Below, piece after piece: positions 36,452 through 45,967 of a stretch of DNA of 64,000 nucleotides. The DNA is from an uncultured Microthrixaceae bacterium (GTDB lineage Bacteria; Actinomycetota; Acidimicrobiia; Acidimicrobiales; VFJN01): assembly GCA_963727905.1 (NCBI GenBank), contig CAVSIC010000029.1, forward strand, positions 2,953 through 66,952, written 5' to 3'. Under the pieces are notes generated by a model that was given only the letters and a program-made list of their open reading frames with translations, was not told the DNA's origin and searched no databases. The position numbers and the translations under genes were made by a program. Numbering within the stretch: the stretch's first letter is position 1; each line of letters begins with the position of its first letter.

Positions 36452-37369
36452 GTGAGGGTCCTCGTGACGGGAGCATCGGGCTTCGTCGGTTCGCGCCTGT
36501 GCGCGGCGCTCGAGCTCGCCGGGCACGAGATCCGAGCCATGACCCGGAAGCCGGATGACTACGACGGCGTCGGATCGGCCGTGCACGGAGACGTCGAAGA
36601 CCCCGGCAGCTTGCAGAGCACGCTGGAGGACTGCGACGCCGCGTACTACCTCGTCCACTCGCTCGACTCGGCGGACTTCCGCCGACGTGACCGCCAGGCC
36701 GCGGAAGCCTTCGGCGACGCCGCGGCCGCGGAGCGGCTGGGCCAGGTCGTGTACCTGGGGGGCCTCGGGAGCGACCGCGACGAGCTCTCCGAGCACCTGG
36801 CCAGCCGGCGTGAGGTCGAGGAGATCCTCCGCTCGAGGGTGCCGACGACCGTGCTGCGGGCGGGGGTCATCGTCGGAGACGGCGGGATCTCGTGGGAGAT
36901 GCTCCGCCAGCTCGTGGCCAACCTGCCGGTGATGGTCACGCCGAAGTGGGTGCAGACCCGGACGCAGCCGGTCGCGATCGACGACGTGATCGCGTTCCTC
37001 GTCGGGGTCCTCGGCACCGAGACGGCCCTCGGAGAGGTCTTCGACGTGGGAGGGCCGGAGGTCCTGACCTATAGCGAGATGCTCGACATCGTCGGGCACC
37101 TGCCCGGCGGGCGCCTCCGCCTCCTGATCCCCGTGCCGGTCCTCTCGCCCCAGCTGTCCGCGCATTGGCTGCGGCTGATCACCGATGTCGACGTGCAAAC
37201 GGCGCGGGCGCTCGTGGAGTCCATGTCCAACGAGGTGGTGGTGCGCGACCGGCGCATCGAAGAGCTGACCGGGCACCGGGCGATGGAGTTCGCGGCAGCC
37301 GCAGCGAGAGCGCTCGAGGCCCGCCGGCGGCGGCTCGAACGCGAGGCGGATGCGCATGGAACAGGATGA
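36452..37369 (+). CDS. NAD(P)-binding NmrA/atypical-SDR-like protein
   Basis: VRVLVTGASGFVGSRLCAALELAGHEIRAMTR begins the protein, and later pieces are VYLGGLG and TVLRAGVIVGDGGISWEMLRQLV. GGAAGGAGG lies just upstream of the GTG at 36452. The ORF-track start at 36272 is probably too long. Confidence 0.8.
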   Translation: MRVLVTGASGFVGSRLCAALELAGHEIRAMTRKPDDYDGVGSAVHGDVEDPGSLQSTLEDCDAAYYLVHSLDSADFRRRDRQAAEAFGDAAAAERLGQVVYLGGLGSDRDELSEHLASRREVEEILRSRVPTTVLRAGVIVGDGGISWEMLRQLVANLPVMVTPKWVQTRTQPVAIDDVIAFLVGVLGTETALGEVFDVGGPEVLTYSEMLDIVGHLPGGRLRLLIPVPVLSPQLSAHWLRLITDVDVQTARALVESMSNEVVVRDRRIEELTGHRAMEFAAAAARALEARRRRLEREADAHGTG

Positions 37370-37988
37370 GATCCTCGTCGTCGCGGGTGCCGTCAGCCTG
37401 GCCGTCGTCGTCTGGGCCTTCGTGTTCCGCAGCGCGGGCCGCGACATCGCGACCCGCAGCTGGGTGGCAGCAGGTGCCCTGACCGCCAGCGCGGTGGCGG
37501 GCGCCGCGGTGCTGGACCGGGCGGGCGGCCTCGTCGGACCGATCTCGTCGACCGAGGTGCTGATCGGCGTCGGCGCCGGCCTCCTCTGGGTCGCGGCCAC
37601 CCAGGTGGGGGCCGCACTGCTCCAGAGGGTCGCACCGTCGTTCTCGGGCCAGACCGCCGACCTGTACCAGTTCGTCGAACGGGCATCCGCGGCCCGGTTG
37701 GCCGCGGCCCTCGCAGCCATGGCCATCGCCGAGGAGCTGCTGTTCCGAGGGCTGATCCAGGCGAGCGCGGGGCTACCGGTGGCAGCCGCCCTGTACTCCG
37801 GTGTGCAGCTCATCGAACGGAGGTGGCCCCTCGTGCTGGCCGCTGCGCTCGGCTCCCTCCTGTGGGGTGGGCTCTACGCCTGGCGCGACGGGGTGGTGGC
37901 TCCATCCGCCGCCCATGCGGTGTGGACCGTCAGCCTGGCGCTGATATGGCCGATCCGCCCGGCGGCCGCCGCTCGGGGTGCCAGGTGA
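37350..37988 (+). CDS. CPBP (CAAX/Abi) family intramembrane glutamic endopeptidase
   Basis: The protein is multi-TM with AMAIAEELLFRGLIQ (EExxxR motif) and a later SAAHAVWT (H motif). Confidence 0.8.
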   Translation: MRMEQDEILVVAGAVSLAVVVWAFVFRSAGRDIATRSWVAAGALTASAVAGAAVLDRAGGLVGPISSTEVLIGVGAGLLWVAATQVGAALLQRVAPSFSGQTADLYQFVERASAARLAAALAAMAIAEELLFRGLIQASAGLPVAAALYSGVQLIERRWPLVLAAALGSLLWGGLYAWRDGVVAPSAAHAVWTVSLALIWPIRPAAAARGAR

Positions 37989-38022
37989 GACCCGTAGCCA
38001 GCCAGGAGCACTCGGGGCCCCG

Positions 38023-38649
38023 CTACGCGAAGGTCGTTGGACCCTTGGCGAGCTCGGTGCGCAGTTGACGCAATCCGAGGCGGATGCGGGACTTGATCGT
38101 CCCCTCCGGCACCCCCAGCGCGTCGGCTGCCTCTCGGTAGGTCAGCTGGCCGTAGTAGGCGGTGACGACCGCCTCACGGATGAGCGTGGGGAGGCGGTCG
38201 AGGGCCGCGAAGAGACAGTCGGCGTCGTCGTGAACCACGGCCAGCTCGGCGGGACCTGCGGGCAACTCGGCCCGAAGTTGCGCGCGCCCATTGCGCTGCT
38301 CACGCGCGCCACGGGAGCTGTCGGACCTTGCGTGATCGATCGCGACATTGCGGGCAACCGAGAGCAAGAAGGTCCTAAGGGATCCGCGGGTCGGGTCGAA
38401 GCGGTCGGGCTGGTTCCACAGCCGGACGAAGACGTCCTGGGTCACGTCCGCAGCTCTCGCTGCGCCTCCCCATCGCGCGGCGACGTTGAACACCGCCCCT
38501 CCGTGCTCTTCGAACACCACGGCGAACGCTTGGGCATCCGAGGCCCAACGGTGAGCCGGTGGTCCGGGCCCGCCCGACTGCTGAGGCACCGGCCGTCGAC
38601 GATCCCGAGGAGTCGTCTGCGGGCCGCCCCGCCCCCCTGGATCCGGCAA
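38023..38649 (-). CDS. ECF-type sigma-70 family RNA polymerase sigma factor (start 38649 or GTG 38589)
   Basis: Region 2 reads AFAVVFEEHGGAVFNVAARWGGAARAADVTQDVFVRLWNQPDRFDPTRGSLRTFLLSVARNVAIDHAR. Region 4 reads ALDRLPTLIREAVVTAYYGQLTYREAADALGVPEGTIKSRIRLGLRQLR. Confidence 0.88.
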   Translation of the reverse strand: MPDPGGRGGPQTTPRDRRRPVPQQSGGPGPPAHRWASDAQAFAVVFEEHGGAVFNVAARWGGAARAADVTQDVFVRLWNQPDRFDPTRGSLRTFLLSVARNVAIDHARSDSSRGAREQRNGRAQLRAELPAGPAELAVVHDDADCLFAALDRLPTLIREAVVTAYYGQLTYREAADALGVPEGTIKSRIRLGLRQLRTELAKGPTTFA

Positions 38650-38965
38650 TGTGACCCCCCGCAGTCGTCTGGCCGCCGGGTCAGTTGCATCCCCAGCACC
38701 GAGCCCGACTGCGTCATATCCCCAAGGCGCGGTGCCGAAACCGGACGAGCGTCCGATGGCGACCGTTGTCGCGACCCTCGAGGCAGAAGACGTCGGTCGC
38801 GAACGCGAGCAGCCCGGCTTGGCGGGTCGACCTGCTCACCCCCGTCGCCACCGCCGGGCTGGGGATCGACGACCGGGCCGAGCTGGCCTGGTCAGCCCGG
38901 GACCACATCGTGTCGACCTTGCACCGAGCCCGCCGCCGTCTCGAGGCGTAGGCAGGGCGGCCGCC

Positions 38966-39346
38966 TCAGCCTGCGGGCTGGAACAGCTCGACGAAGTTGC
39001 CCGACGGGTCGAGCGCCAGCACCTGCATCCCGCCGGGCCCGGCAACGATCTCGTTGCGGAACGCCACCCCTTCGGCCTCGAGCCGGACGACCTCGCTCTC
39101 GAGGTCGTCGACGAGGAGGTGGATCCGGTTCCACCCGCCCGGCGCGGGCCGTTCGCCGTCGGTCATCGCCTGACCCGCCGAGCTCTGCGGCCCCGACAGC
39201 AGGAGTCGGAGGCTCCCGCGGTAGACGTCGGCGAACGCCGGGCTCGAGATCCCCACGGTGAACCCGAAGTGGCGGACGTAGAAGTCCACCGACGCGCCGA
39301 CGTCGTCGACGAGGTACCGGACGTTCACCACCTCGGCCTCAGGCAC
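38966..39346 (-). CDS. VOC/glyoxalase-bleomycin-resistance family protein
   Basis: The sequence reads VNVRYLVDDVGASVDFYVRHFGFTV...GWNRIHLLVDDLESEVVRLEAEGVAFRNEIVAGPGGMQVLALDPSGNFVELFQP. Confidence 0.8.
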   Translation of the reverse strand: MPEAEVVNVRYLVDDVGASVDFYVRHFGFTVGISSPAFADVYRGSLRLLLSGPQSSAGQAMTDGERPAPGGWNRIHLLVDDLESEVVRLEAEGVAFRNEIVAGPGGMQVLALDPSGNFVELFQPAG

Positions 39347-39722
39347 CGAGCCCTCCCCGGCTCGTGGCGCGCGCCCGGAGCATCGCCGTCGACCGGTCGA
39401 GCCCGATCGCGACGAGGCCGAGCACGATGGCGGCCGCCGAGCCGACCACACCGTCACCGTTGCCCGGACCGCCGTCGGCAGCAGCGAGGAAGAGCGCCCC
39501 GAGGAGCAGGGCCGCGAGGCCGAGCACGAGCCCCATCGAACGGTGCCCAGCCAGCGCCGGATCTCCGTGAGCGCCATCGCGCCTCGCGGCGTTCAACGTG
39601 CGAGCTCCGACGATCGCGCCCGCCAGCCCGAGCAGGGCGGTGAGCGTCGGGCCGAGGCGGCCCGAGCCGAAGATGGTGATGGTGGCCATCGCGGACGGTG
39701 GCACGAGTGCGTCGCTGAGCAT
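39339..39722 (-). CDS. small Gly/Ala-rich integral membrane protein, uncharacterised
   Basis: MLSDALVPPSAMATITIFGSGRLGPTLTALLGLAGAIVGARTL...MGLVLGLAALLLGALFLAAADGGPGNGDGVVGSAAAIVLGLVAIGL begins at an ATG (39722) preceded by GAGGAG. The end overlaps the VOC start. Confidence 0.6.
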   Translation of the reverse strand: MLSDALVPPSAMATITIFGSGRLGPTLTALLGLAGAIVGARTLNAARRDGAHGDPALAGHRSMGLVLGLAALLLGALFLAAADGGPGNGDGVVGSAAAIVLGLVAIGLDRSTAMLRARATSRGGLGA

Positions 39723-39735
39723 GGGTTCTCCTCGG

Positions 39736-40537
39736 TCAGCTGGTGGGGTTCTGGAGGTGCGCCAGCAGGAACGTGGCACGGGTCTCGAGCTCGGCGGTCA
39801 GGGCTCGGAAGGCGGCCCAGCTCTCGCGGGCGCCGGCGACCGCGGAGGGGTCGGCGATGCTCCAGTGGACGGTCCGGGGATCGCCGGGGAGCTCTGGGCA
39901 CACCTCGCGGACCTTGTCGCACAGGCTGATCACCCAGTCGAAGCTCTGACCGGTGAACAGGTCCAGGTGCTTCGGTTCATGGAGCGCCCGGGTCGACACC
40001 GAGCTCGTCGCGCAGCACCCGGACGGCGTTCGGGTGCATCGGCTTCGGATGGCTTCCGGCGCTGTGCACCTCAACAGCACCACGGGACCGCGAGCGGACG
40101 ATCGCTTCGGCGATCTGCGACCGTGCGCTGTTGCCGGTGCACAGGAACAGGACGCGAACCGGAGACCGCACCTCGCCGACGGGAGGTGGGCCGGACCGGA
40201 GCCCGGGATGCAGCGAGGTCGCAGCCTCCGACAGCAGATCCCCGAACCGGGTGAGGTCCGCGGCGTAGTAGGCGTCGCGACCGTCGAACGAGCTCCGACG
40301 GGCCGAGACGAGCCCGGCGTCCCGCAGCTTGCGGAGGTGGTACGAGACCAGGTTCTGCGCCTCGCCGACCCGGGTCGTGAGCTCCTGGACGGTCCGGTCG
40401 CTCCTCGAGAGCTCGCTGAGCAACCGCCACCGCAAGGGGTGACCCGCGAGCTGGAGGAACTCCGGGGGTGCGATCGAGGTCGTCGAGGTCAACCGGGGCA
40501 CGAACCCAGGATGCATCAATCTGAGACGATGTGTCAA
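39736..40537 (-). pseudogene. ArsR-family HTH fused to LMW-PTP-type arsenate reductase (ArsC) domain, one frame change at ~39995
   Basis: The ArsR part reads FLQLAGHPLRWRLLSELSRSDRTVQELTTRVGEAQNLVSYHLRKLRDAGLVSARRSSFDGRDAYY. The CX5R P-loop is VRVLFLCTGNSARSQIAEAIV. In another frame comes HEPKHLDLFTGQSFDWVISLCDKVREVCPELPGDPRTVHWSIADPS. Confidence 0.8.
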
Positions 40538-40559
40538 CCTTGATTGATGGATTGCGGCG

Positions 40560-41030
40560 TCACCGCTCCTCCGGTTCGCGCTCCTTGCGGCGCACGAGGA
40601 AGCTGGTGATGCCGAGGAGCAGGACGACGCCGGCCAGCACGCCGATCTCGGTCATGGCGTCGGCGAACTCGTCACCGTGCATCTCGCTGGCCTTCAGCGA
40701 GACGACGACGATCTCCTTGATCGACGCGATGATCCCGACCACCAGGAAGGGCTCGGCCACGAGCTTGCGCTCACGAACCGTGGCCCGCACCGCGCCGAGG
40801 AGCTCCACGAGGATGAACACCAACAGGAGGCCGTCGAGCGCCGCGGTGACGGCATCGAGGGTGCCCTCGTCGAGCCTGTCGAAGAGCTCGTAGCCCACCG
40901 CGCCCAGCGTGAGGACGGCCGCCACGACGAGCAGGAGTCCGACGACCGCGTAGACGACGCCCTCGGTCACGTGCATGGCCCGGTCGATCCAGGTCGTCAG
41001 GCGGTCATCGGGACGGTCGTCGACGGGCAC
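40560..41030 (-). CDS. PsiE-like (phosphate-starvation-inducible E family) membrane protein
   Basis: This 156-aa ORF has 4 TM helices. Characteristic pieces are LDAVTAALDGLLLVFILVELLGAVRATVRERKLVAEPFLVVGIIASIKEIVV. Confidence 0.65.
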   Translation of the reverse strand: MPVDDRPDDRLTTWIDRAMHVTEGVVYAVVGLLLVVAAVLTLGAVGYELFDRLDEGTLDAVTAALDGLLLVFILVELLGAVRATVRERKLVAEPFLVVGIIASIKEIVVVSLKASEMHGDEFADAMTEIGVLAGVVLLLGITSFLVRRKEREPEER

Positions 41031-41076
41031 CGAACGCTGCTACCCGCTCGACAGCACGGCCAGCCGCACGGTCCGG

Positions 41077-42507
41077 CTACGGCGGGGCGGGGGCGAGCTC
41101 GGGGTCGAGGGGGTCGATGCGCTCGCGGAGCGGGCGGTCGGGGAGGGCCAGGGAGATGGCGATGGATGCCAGGCCCACGACGACGGCGCCCATGAAGACG
41201 GGGCGCAGCGCGTCGGCGACGTTGCCGGGGGTGCGAGCCACCCCCACGAGACCCGCGTTGAGCACGCCGCCGAAGATCGGGGTGCCGATCGTGTTGCCGA
41301 GGGTGCGGAAGAGGAGGGCCGTGGAGGTGGCCGTGCCGAGGTCTCGGGGGGCGGCGGCGTTCTGGGCCGCCAGCAGCGACGGCTGCATCACGAAGCCGGC
41401 GCCGGTCCCCAGCAGGAGGACGGTGGCCGCCGCCAGCACCACGGGCGAGGAGCGGTCGAGCGACACCAGGAGGAGCGCCGCCAGCGTCATGAGCATCGAA
41501 CCGATGATCGGCCACGCCCGGTAGCGACCGTTGCGGGCGACCAGGCGGCCCGTGACCCAGGTGCCGGCCGCGGCGCCGAACATGAGCGGGACCAGGACCA
41601 CACCCGAGCTCGACGCGCTCGATCCCGCCACCTCCTGGACGAACAGCGGCACGAAGAACAGCCCGCACCACAGCAACAGCCCGCTCGTGAAGTTGATGCC
41701 GGCCGACGCCCGCATCACCGGGTCGGCGAACAGTCGCAACGGCAGGACCGGCTCCGCCACGCGTCGCTCGCGGGCCACGAACGCGACGAGGAGCAGCACG
41801 ACCGCGCCGGCCAACCCGAGGGTCCGCACCGACCGCCAGGGGAAGTCGTGGCCGCCGAGCGTCGCCAGGAGCACGAACAGCGCGAGGCCGACGGTGAGCA
41901 GCGCTCCGCCCAGGAGGTCGAGGCTGTGCTGGACCCGGCGCTCGGGCAGGCGCAGACGCGTGGCGACGATGGCCGCCGCCACCAGGCCCACCGGCAGGTT
42001 GACGAGGAACCCCCACCGCCAGCTCAGGTGGTCGACGAACAGCCCGCCGACGATCGGGCCGACGGCGCTCGCGATCGCGTAGATCACGCCCTGGTAGCCG
42101 AGCCAACGGCCGAGCTCACGAGCGGGGACGATGTCGGCGATGGTCGCCATGGCCACCGCGCCGAGCCCACCGCCACCGAGGCCCTGCACGAACCGGGCCG
42201 CCAGGAGCTGGTCCATCGTCTGGGCCACGCCACAGGCAAGCGACCCCACGAGGAAGATCCCGATCGCGCTGAGCAGCACGCGACGCCGGCCGAAGAGGTC
42301 GCCGAGCTTCCCGTACAGCGGCATCGAGGCGACCATCGCCAGCGAGTAGGCGCTGATGACCCAGGTGACCCGGGAGAAGCCGCCGACGTCGTCGACGATC
42401 GTCGGCAGGGCCGTGGCGACGATCGTGCCGTCCAGAGAGCTCATCACCTGGCCCAGCTGGAGGCCGACGAAGATCACCAGGGTTCTCCGAAACCCCAACT
42501 CCTCCAT
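41077..42507 (-). CDS. MFS transporter, 14-TM DHA2 (EmrB/QacA) type
   Basis: MEELGFRRTLVIFVGLQLGQVMSSLDGTIVATALPTIVDDVGG...MPLYGKLGDLFGRRRVLL...VQGLGGGGL is DHA2-like. ATG 42507 lies 16 nt after the stop of the upstream 1103-aa gene. The ORF-track start at 43014 is an overextension. Confidence 0.88.
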   Translation of the reverse strand: MEELGFRRTLVIFVGLQLGQVMSSLDGTIVATALPTIVDDVGGFSRVTWVISAYSLAMVASMPLYGKLGDLFGRRRVLLSAIGIFLVGSLACGVAQTMDQLLAARFVQGLGGGGLGAVAMATIADIVPARELGRWLGYQGVIYAIASAVGPIVGGLFVDHLSWRWGFLVNLPVGLVAAAIVATRLRLPERRVQHSLDLLGGALLTVGLALFVLLATLGGHDFPWRSVRTLGLAGAVVLLLVAFVARERRVAEPVLPLRLFADPVMRASAGINFTSGLLLWCGLFFVPLFVQEVAGSSASSSGVVLVPLMFGAAAGTWVTGRLVARNGRYRAWPIIGSMLMTLAALLLVSLDRSSPVVLAAATVLLLGTGAGFVMQPSLLAAQNAAAPRDLGTATSTALLFRTLGNTIGTPIFGGVLNAGLVGVARTPGNVADALRPVFMGAVVVGLASIAISLALPDRPLRERIDPLDPELAPAPP

Positions 42508-42523
42508 CTGAGACTGCTTAGCG

Positions 42524-45500
42524 CTAGGACGAGAGGTCGTGCAGCAGGGTCGAGGCCCGGCGCTCGACACCGGCGCAGCCGTACTGCTCCGCGGTCGCCA
42601 ACGCCTCCGTGACGAGCGCGACGGCGTCGGCTCGGCGATCGGGGTGGCGGTCGAGGAGGAAGACGGCCCACTCGAGCTGGTTCGATGCCGACCACAGGGG
42701 AGCCTGGGCCGCTCGCAGCGCCACGTCGCTCGCCTCGAAGTGCGCGATCGCGTCGTCCTCACGTCCGAGCAGCACGGCCAGGCGCCCGAGGTAGGCGGAC
42801 ACGACGCCGTTGTAGCTCGACCCGGAAGCGATGCCGAGGTGGCTGAACGGGGACAGCTGGTCGTAGAGCACCTCGGCGGCGGAGACGTCGTGCAGGCGGG
42901 CCGCGACGTCGGCCCACACCGTGGTCCCGATGAGCCACACGTAGTCGTAGGACTCGCGGTTGAAGTCGTTCGCGTGGGCGGCGTCGAGCAGGACCCGCGC
43001 CTCGTCGTCCGCACCGCACTCGCTGAGGATCATCGCCAGCACGCCCTGCAGTGCGACCAGCCCGGGGCTGTCGCGATGGATCCCCCGAGCGAGCTCGAGG
43101 ATCTCGTCCAGGCGACCCTGGTGGCGGCGGATGCTGGCCAGGCCCGCTCCGAAGCAGGCGAACGCCTCGGGCTGCCCCGACTCCGTGCCCAGCTCGAACG
43201 CCTGGGTGGCGAGCACCTCGGCCCGATCGACGTCGCCCGCCCGGAGCGTGTGCGTGGCGGAGAGGTAGGTGACGTGCCATTGCAGGTACGGCTGGCCGAC
43301 CTCGTCGGCGGCGACGGCGGCTGCCGCGAGCGCGGCGTCGATCCCGTCGCCGTCGAGCGCCATCGCGAGCGCGTAGACGCGGTTGATGGCGGCCCAGGCC
43401 CCGCCCACCGGGTCGCCGATGCGCTCGGCCAGCATCATTGCCTCGGCGGACGTCGCCTGGATGTGGTCGTAGGCGTCGGGGAGGCACCGGGCCAGGAACG
43501 TGACGTTGAGGACGTGGAGCAGCGCGGCGTCGTCGCGGAGGCGACGGGCCATGGCCTCGGCCTGGGTGACGAGGGGCCGCACGCTCCCCCGCTCGTCGCT
43601 GAACGACACCTCGGTGGCGAGGTTCGCGTGCAGCCGGGCCGCCACCGCGCTGTCGGCGGCGCCCACCGCGGCCAGCGCCCGCCGCAGGACGGCGATGCGC
43701 TCGTGATCGACCTCGCCGATCGAGCTCGCCATGCCGCGGTGGTTGGCCAGCACCGCCGCGACCAGCCGCCCGGCATCGCCCTGCTCGGAGGCGCCGGCGG
43801 CGGCCGCGAGCAGGGTCTCGCGGAAGGCCGGCTCCCCCGCCATCCGCTGCGCCGCGCCGAGGCTGATCAGCACGTCCAACAGGTCCGTCGGGTCCTCGGA
43901 CCCGTGCGCCTCGAGGAGCTCGCGTGCTTGGTCGAACCACCGGGCCGCCTCGTCCGGGGCCGAGGAGGTGAGCGCCCACTCGCCGGCCTGGCGGACGTAC
44001 CCGAGGGCCTTGGTCAGCTCGGTCGGCCGGAGGGCGGCCACCCAGTGGTTGGCCAGCTCGCCGATGCGATCGCCGGGGTCGGTCCCGCACACCCCCTCGA
44101 GCAGCTCTCCGATGTGGCGGTGCAGTCGCGCTCGGCGGGTGGCGGACAGCTCCTCGTACAGCGTGTGCTGGAAGAGGGCGTGGGTGAAGGTGAACCGGTC
44201 CGGGGAGCCGTCCACCTCGGCCACCACGGCGCGTTCGGTCGCCATCTCGAGCGCCTCGAGGACCTCCGCCTCCGAACGCTCTGCGGCCGGTGCCAGCAGG
44301 GCCAGGTCGAACTCGCGGCCGATCACCGACGCGACGGTGAGGACGTGGCCGACGTCGTCACCCAGGCGGCGCACCCGCTGGGCCACGACCTCCCGGACGC
44401 TCGCCGGGAGGCCCACCGAGGCGAGGTCGACCGTCATGCCCCAACGACCCTCGTCGTCCTGGCGCAGCGCGTCGGTCTCCGCGAGGTGTCGGAGCACCTC
44501 GGCGGTGAAGAACGGGTTGCCGCCGGTCTCGCGCCGCACGGCGTGCGCGAGGTCGATGCCCTCCTCACCGATCTCGTGACCGGCGAGGCCCTCGAGGAGG
44601 GCCACCACGCCGATGTCGTCCAGGCCGTCGACGGCGATCCGCTCGACGGTCTCCTCCCGGCGCAGCGCAGCCAGACCGGCCGTCATCGGGTGGGACGCGC
44701 TCAGGTCGGACTCCCGGTAGGTGCCGAGCAGGAGCACCCCCGCAGGGGGCATGGTCGTGACGAGGTGGCGGAGCAGGAGCACCGTCGGCTTGTCGGCCCA
44801 GTGCAGGTCGTCGAGCACGAGCACCACCGGGGTGCGCTCCGCGAGGTGCGCGAGCACTGCGCCGACGGCGTTCAGCAGCCGGTACTGGTCGGCCTCGGAG
44901 TCCGTCGAGGGGGTGGCCGGCAGGTCGGGGTACTGATGGCGGATCTGCGGCAGCAGCCGGGCCAGCTCCGCCAGCTGACGCCGATCGACGGACTCGACGG
45001 TGGCCTCCGGCGCGTGGGCGAAGAGCTCGCCCAGCGCCTCGACGAACGGCTGGTAGGGAACCGAGAGCTCGTCGTCGCAGCGGCCGTACAGGACGGTCGC
45101 TCCGCCGGCGTGGGCGAGCTGTGCGGTGCTGCTCGCCAACGTGGTCTTCCCGATGCCGGGCTCGCCCGAGAGCAGGACGGCCCGGGGCCCGTCGCCGGAC
45201 ACCGCGGCCTTGAGGTGCAGCTCGAGGCGCTCCTGTTCCTCATCGCGCCCCACCAGCCCCGCGGCGGGGCGTCCGGCCAACCGGCTCGGGAGCGGCTGCT
45301 GGGGGTCGGCGCGGAGGGGGTGCCAGCGCACCTCCACCGCGTCCACCGGCTCGGGAAGGCCCTTGAGCGTGACCTGCTCCACCGGCCCGAACTCGTGCTC
45401 GCTGCGCCGGGCCAGGAGGCGGACGATGTCGGTCGCCACGATCTGCCCGCCGTCGGCCCGGGAGCAGAGCCGGGACGCCTCGATGACCGGCTCGCCGTAG

Positions 45501-45835
45501 TAGTCACCCTCGTCGGCGTTGGCCTCGCCGTGCGCGATCCCGACGCGCACCGACAGCGGTGTCGGGGCGGTGCGGTTGTGCACCTCGAGCGCCTGCTGGA
45601 TCCGCACCGCGCTCGCCAGCGCTGCGGTGACGCTGGGGTACACGACCATCAGGCCGTCGCCGAGGTTCTTCACCTCGGTCCCGCCGCACTCGTCGACGGC
45701 CGTCCGAAGGAGGCCGAAGTGGACGAGGCGGAGCTCCTCCGCGACGTCCCAGCCGAGCCGGACCGCCAGCTCGGTGGAGCCCACGAGGTCGGTGAACAGC
45801 ACGGACGTCGTCACCGTGGTCGCCAGCTCGCTCAC
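42524..45835 (-). CDS. class III nucleotidyl-cyclase domain + AAA/STAND P-loop NTPase + TPR-rich C-terminal region (1103 aa, no HTH)
   Basis: The cyclase domain reads SVLFTDLVGSTELAVRLG...EVKNLGDGLMVVY...RVGIAHGEA...YYGEPVIEASRLCS...VTLKGLPEPVDAVEV. Walker A is VLLSGEPGIGKTTLASS and Walker B is VVLVLDDLHWAD. After that comes about 650 aa of helical repeats. The ORF is intact. Confidence 0.88.
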   Translation of the reverse strand: MSELATTVTTSVLFTDLVGSTELAVRLGWDVAEELRLVHFGLLRTAVDECGGTEVKNLGDGLMVVYPSVTAALASAVRIQQALEVHNRTAPTPLSVRVGIAHGEANADEGDYYGEPVIEASRLCSRADGGQIVATDIVRLLARRSEHEFGPVEQVTLKGLPEPVDAVEVRWHPLRADPQQPLPSRLAGRPAAGLVGRDEEQERLELHLKAAVSGDGPRAVLLSGEPGIGKTTLASSTAQLAHAGGATVLYGRCDDELSVPYQPFVEALGELFAHAPEATVESVDRRQLAELARLLPQIRHQYPDLPATPSTDSEADQYRLLNAVGAVLAHLAERTPVVLVLDDLHWADKPTVLLLRHLVTTMPPAGVLLLGTYRESDLSASHPMTAGLAALRREETVERIAVDGLDDIGVVALLEGLAGHEIGEEGIDLAHAVRRETGGNPFFTAEVLRHLAETDALRQDDEGRWGMTVDLASVGLPASVREVVAQRVRRLGDDVGHVLTVASVIGREFDLALLAPAAERSEAEVLEALEMATERAVVAEVDGSPDRFTFTHALFQHTLYEELSATRRARLHRHIGELLEGVCGTDPGDRIGELANHWVAALRPTELTKALGYVRQAGEWALTSSAPDEAARWFDQARELLEAHGSEDPTDLLDVLISLGAAQRMAGEPAFRETLLAAAAGASEQGDAGRLVAAVLANHRGMASSIGEVDHERIAVLRRALAAVGAADSAVAARLHANLATEVSFSDERGSVRPLVTQAEAMARRLRDDAALLHVLNVTFLARCLPDAYDHIQATSAEAMMLAERIGDPVGGAWAAINRVYALAMALDGDGIDAALAAAAVAADEVGQPYLQWHVTYLSATHTLRAGDVDRAEVLATQAFELGTESGQPEAFACFGAGLASIRRHQGRLDEILELARGIHRDSPGLVALQGVLAMILSECGADDEARVLLDAAHANDFNRESYDYVWLIGTTVWADVAARLHDVSAAEVLYDQLSPFSHLGIASGSSYNGVVSAYLGRLAVLLGREDDAIAHFEASDVALRAAQAPLWSASNQLEWAVFLLDRHPDRRADAVALVTEALATAEQYGCAGVERRASTLLHDLSS

Positions 45836-45967
45836 CCCTTCCCGCCAAGGAGGAACCCGGCCGGATTCCGTGGTGCTGCACGAGACTACCCCGCAAGGCG
45901 TTCCGGCGACGGCCGACGAGCTGCTCGACCGCGACGCGGCCGCGGCCCGCGAGCGCCTCGCCGCTCC

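Noticed and set aside
42524-45835. Reading the cyclase-STAND protein (or the membrane cyclase at 58924-60423) as a Pycsar/CBASS-like antiphage signalling system
   Set aside because: No adjacent effector with a cyclic-nucleotide-binding, TIR, patatin, endonuclease or pore-forming domain is present. Both architectures are common actinobacterial signalling proteins. The atypical active-site residue alone is not evidence for defence.
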